A stretch of 64,000 nucleotides of DNA, from the NCBI GenBank assembly GCA_043228905.1, contig JBHGNT010000017.1:15314001-15378000 (forward strand). Direction: 5' to 3'. Below are positions 47,332 through 61,234 of the stretch, piece after piece; position 1 is the first letter of the stretch; each line of letters begins with the position of its first letter. Under the pieces are notes generated by a model. The model did not search any database, was not told the origin of the DNA, and saw nothing but the letters and a program-made list of their open reading frames with translations. A program made the translations under genes and the position numbers. This stretch comes from Azolla caroliniana (lineage: Eukaryota; Plantae; Polypodiophyta).

Positions 47332-49922
47332 CACTATTACGTGCTCTCTCTTCTTCTTGCACCAACAAGGAAAAATGACAACAACAACAGTTACTAAAAA
47401 GTTTGCCCTAAGTCATATTTATACTAATATGACTTTTCGGCTATTTACAAATATAGCCTCGATAGGCTCTCAGAAACATATTTACGAATATGTCTCTTCA
47501 TCCGGTTCTCACCGGGTCTGTACCATTCGGCTCTCCGTAGCCGGGTATTCCTCATCCGGTCTTCACCGGGTCTGTATCATTCGGCTCTCCATAGCTGGGT
47601 ACTCCTCATCCGGTTCATACCGGGCCTGCACCATCCGGCTCTCCGTAGCCGAGTACTCCTCATCCGGTTCATACCGGGCTTGCACCATCCGGCTCTCCGT
47701 AGCCGAGTACTCCTCATCCGGTTCATACCGGGCCTCCACCATCCGGCTCTCTTCCCATCCGGAGGGACCTGTCTTCTCCCTTCCCATCCGGAGGAACCTG
47801 TCTCCCAACATGGCCCACAACTTCCGGCTATGGTCATCTATGAATGTCACGAAGTACTATGATCCTGCATGTGACTTCGTGTCCACTTGACACACATCAG
47901 TATGCACCAACTCCAGTGGTGCATTACGTCTCATCAGTGGCCTTGGTCGGAAGGAGGTCCGGTTTTGCTTACCGGCCAAACAATCAGTGCACTTCTCCAA
48001 GTGCATGTTCTTCACTGGAATGAGGTTGTCGTCTGCAAGCCTCTTCATCCCCTTCTCGCTCATGTGACATAGCCTTTTGTGCCACAGCTCACCGGCAGTG
48101 TCGGATGCCACGTTCACTTCCTCCAGACATAACCGGGCATTCATCAGGTACAACGTGTTTACCTTCCGGGCCCGAGCCACAATCAGGCTCCCTTTGCTGA
48201 ACTTCATAACACCGTTCCGGATGCTACCCGTGTAGCCTTCATCATCTAGCCGACCGGCTGATATCAGGTTCAGACGAACCTCCGGAACGTGTCGGACATC
48301 CTTCAGCAACAGCTTGCATCCGGTTGGTTTTGTCAACCACACGTCTCCTATGCCGACAATTCGGCATGTACCTTCATTCCCCATCTAGACACAACCGTGA
48401 TCACTGGCTGAGTAGGATGAGAAACATTTCCGGTCTGGGGTAAGGTGGAACGACGCTCTGGAGTCGACCACCCAGGTCATCTCATCGAGGTTTAGCTCAC
48501 TCTCCTCAGTGATGAGCATCAACTCTTCTTCGCTTGCCGCGATTGCCGTCGTTCCCTTCTGGTCCGGCCCCCTCCGTTCGTTACCGTTCCGGTCCGGTGT
48601 CCGCTTCGAATCGGTACCGTCGATTTCCTTGTCTTTTCGGAAGTGCCGACAGTTCTTCTGGAAGTGTCCCGGCTTGCCGCAATAGAAGCAAGTAGGCCTC
48701 CCCCTTGGCTTTGACCGTGTCCCCGACTTTTCCCGGTTCTGGGGACTACGGTTTCTTTGTCTTCCGCGTTCCGATTCGGTAAGGAGCGCTTTGGAGTCGG
48801 AGCTAGTATCCTTATCTTTCTGATGTGCCTCCTCATCTAGCAAGCTCGACTTCACTCTTGCTAGGGATAACCATTTCCCTTCCGGCCCGGCGTTGCCCAA
48901 GGTGACAACCAACGTCTCCCAGCTATCTGGGAGGGAACCGAGCAGGAGTAGTGCTAGTACCTCATCGGCAAGAGGTACTTCCAATGATGTTGCCTGGTGG
49001 ATCAGCCCCTGGAAGGCATTCATGTGCTCCGCCATGCTGGAGCCATCTTGGTACTAGAGTCTTACTAGCTTCCGGAATACCGAAACCTAATTAACAACAT
49101 TTTTGTTTTGAAACATAATGCCGATCTTCTCCCAGAGCTCATGAGCCTTGCTCTCTTCATTGAAGTTGTTGTATAGGCTCATGTCGATGAAGCACCGTAT
49201 GTACGCCGTGCATCATCTCTTCATGTGCATCACCTCCCATATCATGGCGTCGATTTTGTCCGGTCTCTTGTCCCCGAACTGAACCGGCAACCAAAGATCT
49301 TTAACCACGAGCATGTCCCTCATCTTCGACTTCCACACCGAATAGTTGGAGCCGGTGAGCTTGAAAATACCTCCCAACAAATTGTCCATTTTCTGTGTCG
49401 TTTCGCTCTGATACCACTTTGTCAGGAACTACACGCTTCGATGAACACCGCTCGGCCACAACCGAGCTGAGAATCAAACACGGAAAACGGGAATGAAAAA
49501 ACACGACACAAAAGGAGAGAAGAGTACACAGGATGTTTAACGTGGAATACCCTGAGAGGGAAAAAACCATGGGAGTCCACAGACTCCAAACTATCACTAT
49601 ATCACAATGATTACAACAGTGAGCTCACGGAGGCAATGACCTCGTGCTCACGATCTTTGCCACAGGTGGCGGTTACAACAGAGGCCACGACCTCTTCCTC
49701 TCTTTGTACACTGTTATGCGTTCTCTAGTCTTGCGCCAACAAGAATGACAACCCCACAACAACACTATTCTCTGTTTGCCCTAAGTCATATTTATACTAA
49801 TATGACTTTTCGGCTATTTACAAATATAACCCCGATGGACTCTCAGAAACATATTTACAAATATGTCCCTTCATCCGGTGAGCACTTCTCATTTCCCATC
49901 CGGAGGGACCTGTTTCCTAACA
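47027..49922 (-). mobile_element. Internally deleted Ty1/copia (gag, PR, integrase N-terminus only); LTRs 49420-49922 and 47027-47810
   Basis: Perfect TSD TTTTG; PBS TGGTATCAGAGC (tRNA-iMet) 49405-49416; zinc knuckle CFYCGKPGHFQKNC, WVVDS, LWHKRLCH. Confidence 0.92.
47497..47750 (-). repeat. 57-bp tandem repeat (~4.5 units) in LTR U3
   Basis: CATCCGGCTCTCCGTAGCCGAGTACTCCTCATCCGGTTCATACCGGG units; about 2 units at 5586-5680. Confidence 0.88.
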
Positions 49923-51781
49923 TTTTGGGCAGCTCGGTCCTTCTTGACTCTGCCACCGTCGTAACTTGTTTCAACTTTATTGGATGTGCTGACATCTTTA
50001 GTCAACCCAGTTTCCTTTTTCTTCTTGTCTCCCCCTGCTTCAATTGTTTCCTTCTCTCCAGCTCCTGTTTTTGTGGTCTCTATTCTGGTTCTCACCGTGC
50101 CAGTACCAGTTCTTCCCCTCAAGTGTGGCATGTCAAGATGCTGAAGACCAAGCATCTCCGAAAAATGTTGCAACTTGTCGATTCTGAGGGCCTTTGTGAA
50201 GATTTCGGCAACCTCTTGATCCATCCAGACTGAGGACCCGCTTGTGCACAAAGTGATAATGCACATCTATGTGCTTTGTCCGAGCATGGAACACAAGGTT
50301 CTTGGCTAGTTGCATGTTGCTCATGTTGTTGCAGTAGATTTGGAGATCTTGTAGTAGGCACCGAAGCCATATGGCTTCACAAGTGGCAACAATATCGTCC
50401 TGATATTCAACCTCAGTGCTCGACAGAGCTACAATCGGCTACTTTTTGCTGCTCCACACAACAGTCGCGCTACCTAGAGAGAACATGAATCCGAAAGTGG
50501 ACCGTTGATCTGACGCATCTCCAGCTCAATCAGGATCTCTATAACCGACTAGCTTTTCGGTTATACTGTGTCGGTATAACAGTCCCTTGTCCTTAGTGCC
50601 GCTAACATACCGGAGTATCCAGTGCGCACTAAACGTGTTCCATGGTTGGCTTCTGCATGAATTGACTGATCGTGTCGACAAGATAGCTAATGTTGAGTTG
50701 GGTGATCCTTAAATAAATCAGGCTTCCGACAATTTTTCAGAACCATCTCTCGTTGCAGGCCAGTCCGGAGTCAAGGCGAAACTTTAGGTTCCGGTCCAAG
50801 GGTGTGGAAACTGGTCAGCACTTTGTCATGCCGAACTTGTACAACATATTCAACACATAATGTCTATAGGACAACAATATGCCGTCGGGGATGCGGATCA
50901 CTTTGATCCCTAGGAAATAATGAAGGTCCCCTAGGTCCTTCATTTTGAATATGTCCAACAGTTAGGACTTTCCTCGGTCGATTTCAGCGAAGCCGGGTTC
51001 GGTGATGACTAGATCATCTACATATAACCAGATACATATTGGACCGTTCGGATCTTTCCGGATGAACATCGAAGAGTCTTACTTTGAGGCCCCAAACCCC
51101 ATCGTACGCAACCGATGCGTGATCTTCGAATTCCAAGCACATGGAGCTTGTTTCAGGCCATAAAGAGACTTCTTGATTCGGTCTTTCATTGTTGACTTGT
51201 TCATCGCCGATTGAATTCCGGGGGTTGGATCATGTAGACTTGTTCTTAAAGGTCACCTTGAAGAAACGCATTCTTCACATCCATTTGGTGAAGATGCCAC
51301 CCCCTTGCCGCAACAACCGCCAACACCACACAAACCGTCATCATCTTCGCTACCGTAGTGAAGGTCTTGCAATAGTCGATTTCGTGGGTCTGCGCATATC
51401 CTTTGGCCACTAACCATGCCTTGTACTGATTAACTAAAGCGTCAACATTATACTTTACCTTGTACACCCACTTGCAACCGATCGGTTTGCAATGTCGGGG
51501 AGGGTGAACCAGGTCCCATGTGTCGTTGGCATCAAGTGCCTGCATCTCTTCCTCCATCGCGGCATGCCAATGTGCATCCTTTTTCGCTTTTGCATAGCTC
51601 TCCGACTCACGGACTTCCGCGACTTTCGTCATGTACGCATAGTGATGCGCCATGTACTCATTATATCCATACCTCGTTACGGGGTTCTTCTAGAGGGTGG
51701 ATTGGCACAACTTCTCATTAGCCGATTTTGAGGCCCTCTTGGCTGGCTCGAACTTCATCTCCGAAGGTCCATCTTTGTTCT

Positions 51782-52062
51782 TGTTGAGAGACAAGCTCAA
51801 CATTGGGTGCGTAAACTAGGTGCGTAAAACCATACGCAAATTATAGTTGTGGCGGTTTTTAAACCAAGAGGCTATTAGAACGTTATTCCTCGTAAAGAAT
51901 AGTTTTGGGAGTTAGTGCAGAAGGCTCATTTATGCGCGGTCAAGTACTGGCAGTACTTGTGTCAACCCAATAGTCGGGGCTTGTATAAAAGGTGCTCACT
52001 GAGCACGAAATATGTACAGAGAACATACAGAGAATTATTTTGAATATAGTTTTGTAGTTTCT

Positions 52063-52111
<49 letters not shown>

Positions 52112-55100
52112 CACCTTCTCTGTGATTTCTGTGTTTCATAGAACTGTCTTATTTCCGAACCATGAACTTTGTGTTCTTACGCATACGCTTCCGCACACGT
52201 ATTCTTTACATGGTATCAGAGTGTGAGGGCTCCGATCCTCTGCAGTCAACATAAAAGCTTGCGATAAAGACAAAGTTAAGTTATTTGTCTTCGGAAAGGA
52301 TAAGAAAGCAATATGGACAAAGGAATGGGAAGCTCGCTATCGACTAAGAAGCTCGACAAGAGAAACTACGCATCTTGGTCATACAAGATGCACCAACACT
52401 TGCTTGTTCATGGTTACTAGAGTTATGTCAATGGAGCTAATGATGCAACACCCGAATCGACGCACAGAGACTTTTGGGCTTGGGAACAAGCGGCAAGCAG
52501 AGTTCTTTACTGCTTCATGTCCTATGTGAGCGACCAGCTCTTGAGCTATATTCGGGGTGCTAAGACGCCAAAGGACGTGTGGGCGAACCTCAAGAGGATT
52601 TTCTCCGCTAGCACAACGGCCAAGAAGCTGCAACTCAGGCTGGAGCTCAACAATGTCCAACAGAAAGATCAGTCTATGGTTGATTACACAACCCTAATCA
52701 AGGAGATCTGCGACTCTCTCGCCTCCGTCAATGTGAATGTTGACAAGCACGAAATGGTGCAGGTGTGTCTTGATGGGTTAGCATCAAAGTTCAGAGCGTT
52801 TCAGATGGAATTCTACACAAGGGAGATTACGCCTTCGTTCTTCGAGCTTCAGTCAATGTTGCTCATAGATGAAAATCACGTGGCTGCGTTGATGAGTACA
52901 CACACTGACAACAAGATTTTTTGCACGGAGGAAGATAGGCGCCGTGGTCATGGTGGACAAGGCGGATCGGCACGCAATGGAGGCGGCCAAAAAGAGCAGA
53001 ACGTGCGGCATAATCGAAATGCCGGAAGCATGGGGAATCATAGCGGCGCCGGAAGCTGTCAAGAGAAGGCCATAACGGAATGCAGGTACTGTGGCAAGAA
53101 ATGCCACAGGGAGAGCAAGTGTTGGAAGAAGAGAGCATATTCAAACAAAGCCGGATCAAGCGAAAGAGACAAAGGAAGGCGTCAAAAATCGCACTACGCC
53201 GAGGGCTCCGAACAAACTGAAAGTGGATCGAGCTTAGCCTTCATAACAAAGCACAAGTCCAATTCAATGGCCGTGAACACCTCGAAATCGAGTGAGGTGT
53301 GGTATGTTGATTCCAGAGCGTCAAATCATATGACGAGTCATGAGGAATGGTTCTCATACTTGGAGAAATCAGAAAAGCAAGGATTGGTCGAAACGGGAGA
53401 AGACACTCCACATACCATCGAATATGTCAGAGAAGTTCCCCTCAGCCACGTCGGGCAAAAAGGGAAACTCATGAACGTGTTGCACGTCCCGACAATAACC
53501 AAGAACCTAGTGTCGGTCGGTCAGATCGTCGATCAGGGGATGCAAGTTCGATTCACGCACCTCGGGTGCTACATCGAAGAAGAAGGCAAAGTAATAGCGC
53601 AAGGGTGCCATGAAGGGATGATGTTCATCCTCGACACCAATCAAGCCGGAACCGCGTTGTTCGCGAAAGGACAAAATGTCGAGTCGGACATCGATCTATG
53701 GCACAAGCAGTTCGGCCATGTTAACTTCCCACGGCTTCGTGAAATGCAGACGAAGAACATTGTTTTCAGATTGCCGAAATTTCGGGGCCGTAATGGCCAA
53801 GTCTACGAAGCTTGCCAACTTAGGAAGCTTTCACCGACTTCCATTCCCCAATGAGCGTAATCATAGTCAAAATCTGTTGGATTTTGATCCATTCGGATGT
53901 GTGGGGACCGACACAGAACGTGAGTTTCGGTGGAAGCCGTTACTTTGTAACCTTCATTGATGACTTCACTCGGCATACCTGGGCGTGCTTGATCGCGAAA
54001 AAGAGTGAAGTCTTCACGTGGTTCTTGAAGGTGAAGGGCCTTGCGGAAAGAGAAACTAGACGAAAGATCAAGTGTCTATGGTCCGATGGTGGGAAGGAGT
54101 ACTTCTCCAACCAGTTCACGAGTTATCTACAGAAGGAGGGAATTCGGCGAAAATTCTCTTGTAGATATACGTCGGAGCAAAACGGCATAGCCGAGGGGAA
54201 GAATCGGACAATCGAAGAAGCCGCCAAGGTAATGCTTGAAGAGAAGCATATGCCGAAGTTTTACTGGGCTGAAGCCGTAAGGACGACAGTTTACTTGCAA
54301 AATCGGACCTATGCTAATGGAGGAGTGTCGCCACATGAGTTGTATTACGGCAAGAAGCCGAACTTGGCACACTTGAGGATTTTTGGCAACATCACGTACG
54401 TACATGTGCCGAAGGAGAAACGGAGGAAGCTAGACGCCAAAGCCAAAAAGTGCAACTTAGTCGGCTATTCAGATGATCAAAAGGGGTATAAGTGTTATAA
54501 CCCCCGAATGAAGGATGTTCACGTAAGCCGAGATGTCGTCTTCGACGAGTCCGCTTCGTGGTACTTGCCTTCGCCTCCAATCCCTGATGACTCCATTCCG
54601 AATTCTGAAGAAGAGGTCAACGAGGATGAGCTGACTCCGTGTGATGAGGAAATCGGAGCTTTGACAGAGAGTCTAATCTCATTTCGGCTAAGTCGGCCGA
54701 ATGAGGGGTTGAGCCGAGATGGCCAACCAAATGAAGATCCGGCGAGTAGTGGAGACTCAACCGTGTTGTCACCGTGTAAAAAACCGAGGAGACGGTTTAT
54801 GTGTAAAGAAAAAGGGAAGAAGAAAATGTTAGAATACGATTTCGGCAGTGCTGAGTCTGATTTCGAGCCAATCAAAAAGGAATCTCCACGGAAGAAGTCG
54901 AAACCGGCCGAAAAGGCCATGAAATCGGGTAATCACGAATTACGCCGATCTACCCGCCTAACGAACCTCGTAAAGAGGTACGGGTACAATGAATACATGG
55001 CACACCTTTACGCGTACATGACACGAGTGGTGGAATTGCGTGAGCCGGAGAGCTACGCAGAAGCAGCGAAAGACGCAAATTGTCGTGCCGCAATGGAGGA

Positions 55101-57297
55101 AGAGATGCGTGCTTTAATAGACAATGAGACTTGGGACCTGGTCGACGTACTAAAGGGTGTAAACCGATCGGATGTAGATGGGTGTATAAGGTGAAATACA
55201 GCACCAATGGCTCCGTCAACCGATATAAGGCCCATTTGGTTGCGAAAGGCTACGCACAGAAGCACGACATAGATTACGACGAGACCTTTGCACCAGTCGT
55301 GAAGATGACTACCGTGCGAGTTCTGCTAGCCGTAACTGCGGCAAAGGGGTGGCATCTACATCAGATGGATGTAAAGAATGTGTTCCTGCAAGGTGATCTT
55401 GAGGAACAGGTGTACATGGTACAACCCCCTGGATTTCTATCTGAACAGAACACTTCGGCAGTTTGTCAATTGAAGAAGGCGTTATACGGACTTAAGCAAG
55501 CCCCGCGAGCTTGGAACGTGAAGATTACGCAACAGTTGCGTAGAATGGGGTTTACAACGTCCAAGTCAGACTCTTCATTATTTGTTCGGCAAGGTAAACA
55601 CAGACCGGTTAGTGTTTTACTTTATGTTGATGATTTAGTCATCGCCAGTGCCGATCGGGAAGAAATCGGTCGTGTCAAGTCTCAGCTTGCGGCATATTTG
55701 AAATGAAGGATCTTGGAGACCTTCATTACTTCCTCAGGATCGAAGTGATTCGTTCCCTCGAAGGCATATTGATCAATTACCATCATTACGCACTGAATAT
55801 GCTCTTCAAGTTCGGGATGGCATATTGTAAGCCCATCTCGACCCCTTTGGATAGAAACGTAAAACTTCGCCGAGATTTGGAAAAGGCGTGCGACCCAACA
55901 TTTACTTGACGATCACTCGACCCGACCTCAGGTATCCAGTCGGAATGATCAGTCAATTTATGTCATAGCCCACGACCGAACACCTTCAGTGCCACAAAGA
56001 ATATTACGATATGTCAGCAGCACAAAAGACATGGCGTTGTTCTATCGTGCAGGCATAGCCGAACAGTTAGCCGGCTACACGGATGCCGATTGGGCCGGAA
56101 ATGCCCACGATCGTAGTAGATCCACATCCGGATACGCATTGTCATTGGGAAGGGCGGCAATCGTGTGGAGTAGTAAGAAGCAGCCGACAATAGCGTTGTC
56201 GAGCACGGAGGCCGAATATCGAGGGGCGACTGTCGCTACGTGCGATGTCATCTGGCTGAAACGGCTATTACGGGATCTACATGTGGAGGTGTCCGATCCA
56301 ACGATTATATATTGTGACAACCTCAACAACATTCACCTTGCGAAGAACCCTGTGTTCCACACCCAGACCAAGCACGTTGAGGTGCATTATCATTTCGTTC
56401 GCGAGCGTGTCCTTTCTAGTGAAGTCGAACTACTATATGTTCCAATGGGTCGGCAAATTGCCGACATCTTCACCAAGCCCCTTGGTCTCGACAAGTTACG
56501 GCATTTCTCGGGTGAGCTAGGTTTGCATCACCTCGACACGCTGAACTTGAGGGGGAGATAGGAACAGGAGCATGAAAGGAGCGGTAGTGACCGCTATGCC
56601 GAAATAGATGAAGAGTTCAATTTCGGGCCGACTGAACAAGCCGAAGAAGAAGGAAACAGGGGCCGTAATCGAGTAGAAGACGAATTGGAGACAGCCAATT
56701 CGGGCGAAAGTGAAACTGAATCGGAAGTGTCTGATTTAATCGAAATGCTCAATTCGGACATTACGAATCAACTGAGGGCCAAGCAGAGGAAAGGGCAGCG
56801 AAAGAGGCGCCAACACCACGACAGCAAGGGAGCTAAAAGGGGTTGCATGAGCAGACAAGCTGACCGGAAGGGTCGAAGCGCGCGGAATCGAACGGATCAA
56901 GGTGCGCAAGCGAGGCATGAAGCCAGGAGAGGCCGGAGCGAAGATCTGGAAAAGCAGATGGAACCTCAAGTTGAGCTTGAGGGGGAGTGTTGAGAGACAA
57001 GCTCAACATTGGGTGCGTAAACGGGTACATAACCTAGTACGTAGACTAGGTGCGTAAAACCATACGCAAAGTATGGTCATGGTGGTGTTTAAACCTAGAG
57101 GCCGTTAGAACGTTATTCCTCGTAAGGAATAGTTTTGGGAGTTAGTGTAGAAGGCTCATTTATGAGCCTTCAAGTACTGGCAATACTTGTGTTAGCCCAA
57201 TAGTCAGTTGGGGCTTATATAAAAGGTTCTCACTGAGCACAAAATATGTACAGAGAACATACAGAGAATTATTTTGAATATAGTTTTGTAGTTTTTG

Positions 57298-57328
<31 letters not shown>

Positions 57329-57426
57329 TCCTTCTCTATGATTTCTGTTTTTCACCGAACTGTCTTACTTCCGAACCGTGAACTATGTGTTCTTACGCAT
57401 ACACTTCCACACACGTATTCTTTACA
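51782..57426 (+). mobile_element. Full-length degenerate Ty1/copia; LTRs 51782-52210 and 56988-57426
   Basis: Perfect TSD GTTCT; PBS TGGTATCAGAG at 52211; PPT GAGGGGGAG; gag-PR-INT-RT-RH fragments 52313-56561. Confidence 0.95.
52313..56561 (+). pseudogene. pol: copia gag-pol with frameshifts
   Basis: ORFs 52517-53854, 53851-55194, 55131-55706, 55989-56561 with WYVDS, HSDVWGP, YVDD, TEAEY. Confidence 0.92.
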
Positions 57427-60400
57427 GTTCTATCCAGAGTCGGATTCACTCCGATCTGACTCGTCTCTACCAGTGTCCTATTCCGGCATCTTCTTCTTCC
57501 CCTTCTCTTTGCTCGTGAGTCATCTCCTTGGTTTCGTGTGTGGGGAAAGCACGTTTGAGTCTCTGCTACTCATTGGCTCATCATTGGATTGGTCATTCCG
57601 ACTTAGTCGTTGTTGACCGAGCAAGCTCAACCGAATCCGAATCGGTTGAATAAGCCAAAGCCAGAGCCAGTTTAGTGTCCGGATGATATCCGGAACCATG
57701 AGCCAGATCGGATTGAAACCGGTAGGCCATTAGAGGCCTACAGATCCGGCCTAGTACATAGGCATATTTTTGGGAGTCAATGACAATCGCTCCTGTGAGC
57801 ATTGAAGTACCTGTCAATACTTCTGTCAGTCCTTTATGGACTTGTATAAAAGTGTTCTCTTAGCACATTCTATTTACAGAGTTGCAGAGTATTATTTTGA
57901 ATTGTGTTGTGTTTATGTTGTGCTCTCTCTCTCTCTCTCCTGTGTATGCTTATTCTTTGAGTTAAGCTTCCATTAAACCTTCTTCTCTTTACTGTTACTA
58001 TCCGGCAAAGCCGGTTTGGCATACACTTCCGCACGCTAACGTTCACATGGTATCAAAGCGCGAGGGTTGAGAGCCTCTGTAGCCGACAAGCGACTAGTGA
58101 AGACAAACCCTAACACCCGGTGAAAAATAAAAGAGAACGTAAGATGGACTAAGGAATGGCAAGTTCACTTTCGACAGAAAAGCTTGACTGGAGCAACTAT
58201 GCATCCTAGTCATATAAAATGCACCAATACCTGTTGGGGCATGGATATTGGAGCTATGTGGAAGGAACCAACGAGGTAGCACCGGAGCCGTCACACAAAG
58301 ACTTCCCGACATGGGAGCAATGAGCAAACCAAGTATTGTACTACCTCACGTCCGGTGTGCACGATCAAATGCTCGGCTACATCAAGGATGCAAAAACGCC
58401 AAAGGAGGCCTGGGAAAATCTTCGGAAGATTTTCACCGCGAGTACCACAGCCCTCAAGTTGCAGCTCCGACAGGAGCTGAACAACATCTGGCAAAGAGAT
58501 ATGTCGGTTATGGACTACACCACTAAGATAAAGGACATTTGCGACACACTCAAGTCCATCAATGTGACAGTGGACGAAGACGAGATGGTCCAGATCTATT
58601 TCAGTGGTCTAACACAACGGTACAGGCCAATCTGAACGGCAATTTGCACCCGGGAAAAATCACCGCCCTTCTTCGACTTACAATCAATGTTGATGGTCGA
58701 AGAAAACCACGTCAGTGGGTCGAGGACCACTCAATCGGACAGTCGGATATTGTACACGGAGGTGGATTGATCCCTTGGGCGTGGAGGATGAGGTGGGTCG
58801 GCACGCAATGGAGGCGGCCGGCAAAAGGAGAACTGAAGGCATAGAGACAATGCTGACAATAGTTCCATACCCTCAAGCAGGGGGAGTCAAGCCAGTGTCG
58901 GAAACTAGCAAAGGCCAACACGGAATGCTCGTATTGTGCCAAGCAAGGCCACAGAGAAAGAAAATGCTAGAAGAAGCGTGCCGATTCGGATAAATCCGGA
59001 TCTGGCAAGACCGGACTAGGAAACCGGCAAAGCTCGTACTACGTGGAAGGATAGGAAGGATCCAGAAAGGGGCCAGACTTTGTGATGACGCACAAGGCCA
59101 ACTCGATGAAGAATACCACTTCCAGACCGGAGGAAGTGTGGTACGTTGATTCTGGAGTGTCAAACCACGTGACGAGCCACGAAGAATGGTTCTCGTTTTT
59201 GGAGAAACCGGAAAAACCGGGAATCGTCGAAACCGGACACGACACCCCTCACCCGATTGTGCATGTCGGAGAAGTCCCTTTAAGACATGTTTGACAAAAC
59301 GGAAAGTTGATGAACGTACTACACGTTCCGACAATGACAAAGAACCTGGTGTCAGTCAAACAAATCGTCGATCAGGGAATGTAGGTGTGGTTTACGCACC
59401 TCGGGTGCTTCATCGAGGAAGAAGGCCGGATAATCGCGCAAGGGCGTAGAGAAGGGAGGATGTTCATCCTCAACACAAATGACGTTGGCACCTCCATGTT
59501 TGCCAAAGGACAGAAGATTGAACAGACATCGATCTCTGGCATAAGCTGATCGGCCACGTCAACTATCAGAGGCTTCAAGATCTGCAATCGAAACAAGTCA
59601 CGTTTGGATTGCCGAAGTTTAGTGGCCGGAAGGCCCAAATATGTGAAGCCTGCCAACTCGGGAAGAAACACCGGCTTCCATTCCCCACCCAACGAAATAG
59701 GCACCGTAACAAGCTCGATCTAATCCATTCGGATGTATGGGGACCGACACAAAACATTAGTCTTGGCGGGAGTCAGTATTTCATGTCCTTCATCGACGAC
59801 TACAGCCGGCACACATGGATCTACCTCATCGAGAAGAAGAGCGAAGTCTTTGACTATTTCTAGAACCTTCAAAGCTTAGTCTTTGACTGTTTCCAGAACC
59901 TTCAAAGCATGCCCAAATTCTACTGAGTTGAGGCGGTTCGGACAGCCGTCTACATCCAGAACCGAATCGGGGACAAGGTGTCAGCAAATGAGATGTATTT
60001 CGGGCATAGCATATGTGCATGTACCGGATGAGAAGCGGAGGAAGTTGGATCCGAAGTCAAAGAAGTGCATCCTAGTCGGTTACTCGCATGAGCAGAAGGG
60101 GTATGGGTGTTATAACCCCCAGACTAAACAGGTCCGAGTAAGCCGAGATGGACCGACTCTGACCCGATTCCTGAAGATGAGGCTAGTGAGCCCGAAGAGG
60201 TCCAGGTAGAAGATGAAGACTTCGGTACTCTAAATGAGAGTCCGATCTCATTCCGGCTAAGTGGGCCGAATGAACGGCTGAGTCGGGATGACCAGTCAAA
60301 TGAAGAATCGACGAGTAGTGGAGACTCGGTCGTGCTCTCCCCACGCAAGGAATTGAGGAGATGGTTCACGCGCAAAGAGAAGGGGAAGAAGAAGATGCCG

Positions 60401-61234
60401 GAATACGATACCGGCAGTGAAGGGTCAGATCGGAGAGAATCTGGCCCCGGAAAGGGAGAAGACGAATCTTCAGAAATGAAGCCCGAACCGGCCAAGAAGG
60501 GCCTCAAACCGGGTATTGACAAGATACGCCGATCAACCTGCCAGAAGAACCCTGTCAAGAGGTACAGGTATAATGAGTATATGGCGCATCACTATGCGAA
60601 CATGACTAAGGTGGCGGAAGTGCGTGAGCCAGAGAGCTACGCAGAAGCAGCAAAAGATGCAAATTGGTGTGCTGTTATGGAGGAAGAAATGCGGGCACTT
60701 GATGCCAACGACACAAGGGACCTAGTTGGCCCTCCCCAACAGTGTAAACCGATAATTTGCAAATGGGTATATAAGGTGAAGTACAATGTTGATGGTTCGG
60801 TCAACTGGTACAAGGCCCGATTAGTGGCAAAGGGATACGCACAAACCCACGAAATCGACTACGACGAGACCTTCGCTCTAGTAGCGAAGATAAAGAAGGT
60901 TTGCGTGGTCTTGGTTGTTGTTGTGGCAAGGGGGTGGCATCTTCACCAAATGGACGTGAAGAATGCGTTTCTTCAAGGTGACCTTGAAGAACGGATCTAT
61001 ATGATCCAACCCCCTGGTTTTCAATTAGAGATGAACAAGTCCGCAGTGTGCTGACTCAAGAAGTCGCTTTACGGTCTAAAGCAAGGCCCCCGAGCTTGGC
61101 ATGCGAAGATCACGCACCGGTTGCATAAGATGGGGTTTGCGGCCTCAAAGTCCAAATCGTCACTGCTCATCCGGAAAGGTCCGAACGGTCCAGTCTGTAT
61201 CCTGCATTATTTTCTTGGGATCGAGGTGATCCGG

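Larger units (their letters stand above)
46437..57610 (-). mobile_element. Degenerate copia host: 3' LTR ~46437-46856, RH/RT 49923-51781, linker 57427-57610; 5' part beyond window
   Basis: Minus [23 protein letters not shown] and RH KHIDVHYHF; collinear across two TSD-bounded insertions. Confidence 0.82.

Noticed and set aside
47497-47750. CRISPR-like regular repeats (also 5586-5680, 17323-17440)
   Set aside because: Head-to-tail tandem units without unique spacers, inside LTR or gag; no cas genes; eukaryotic context
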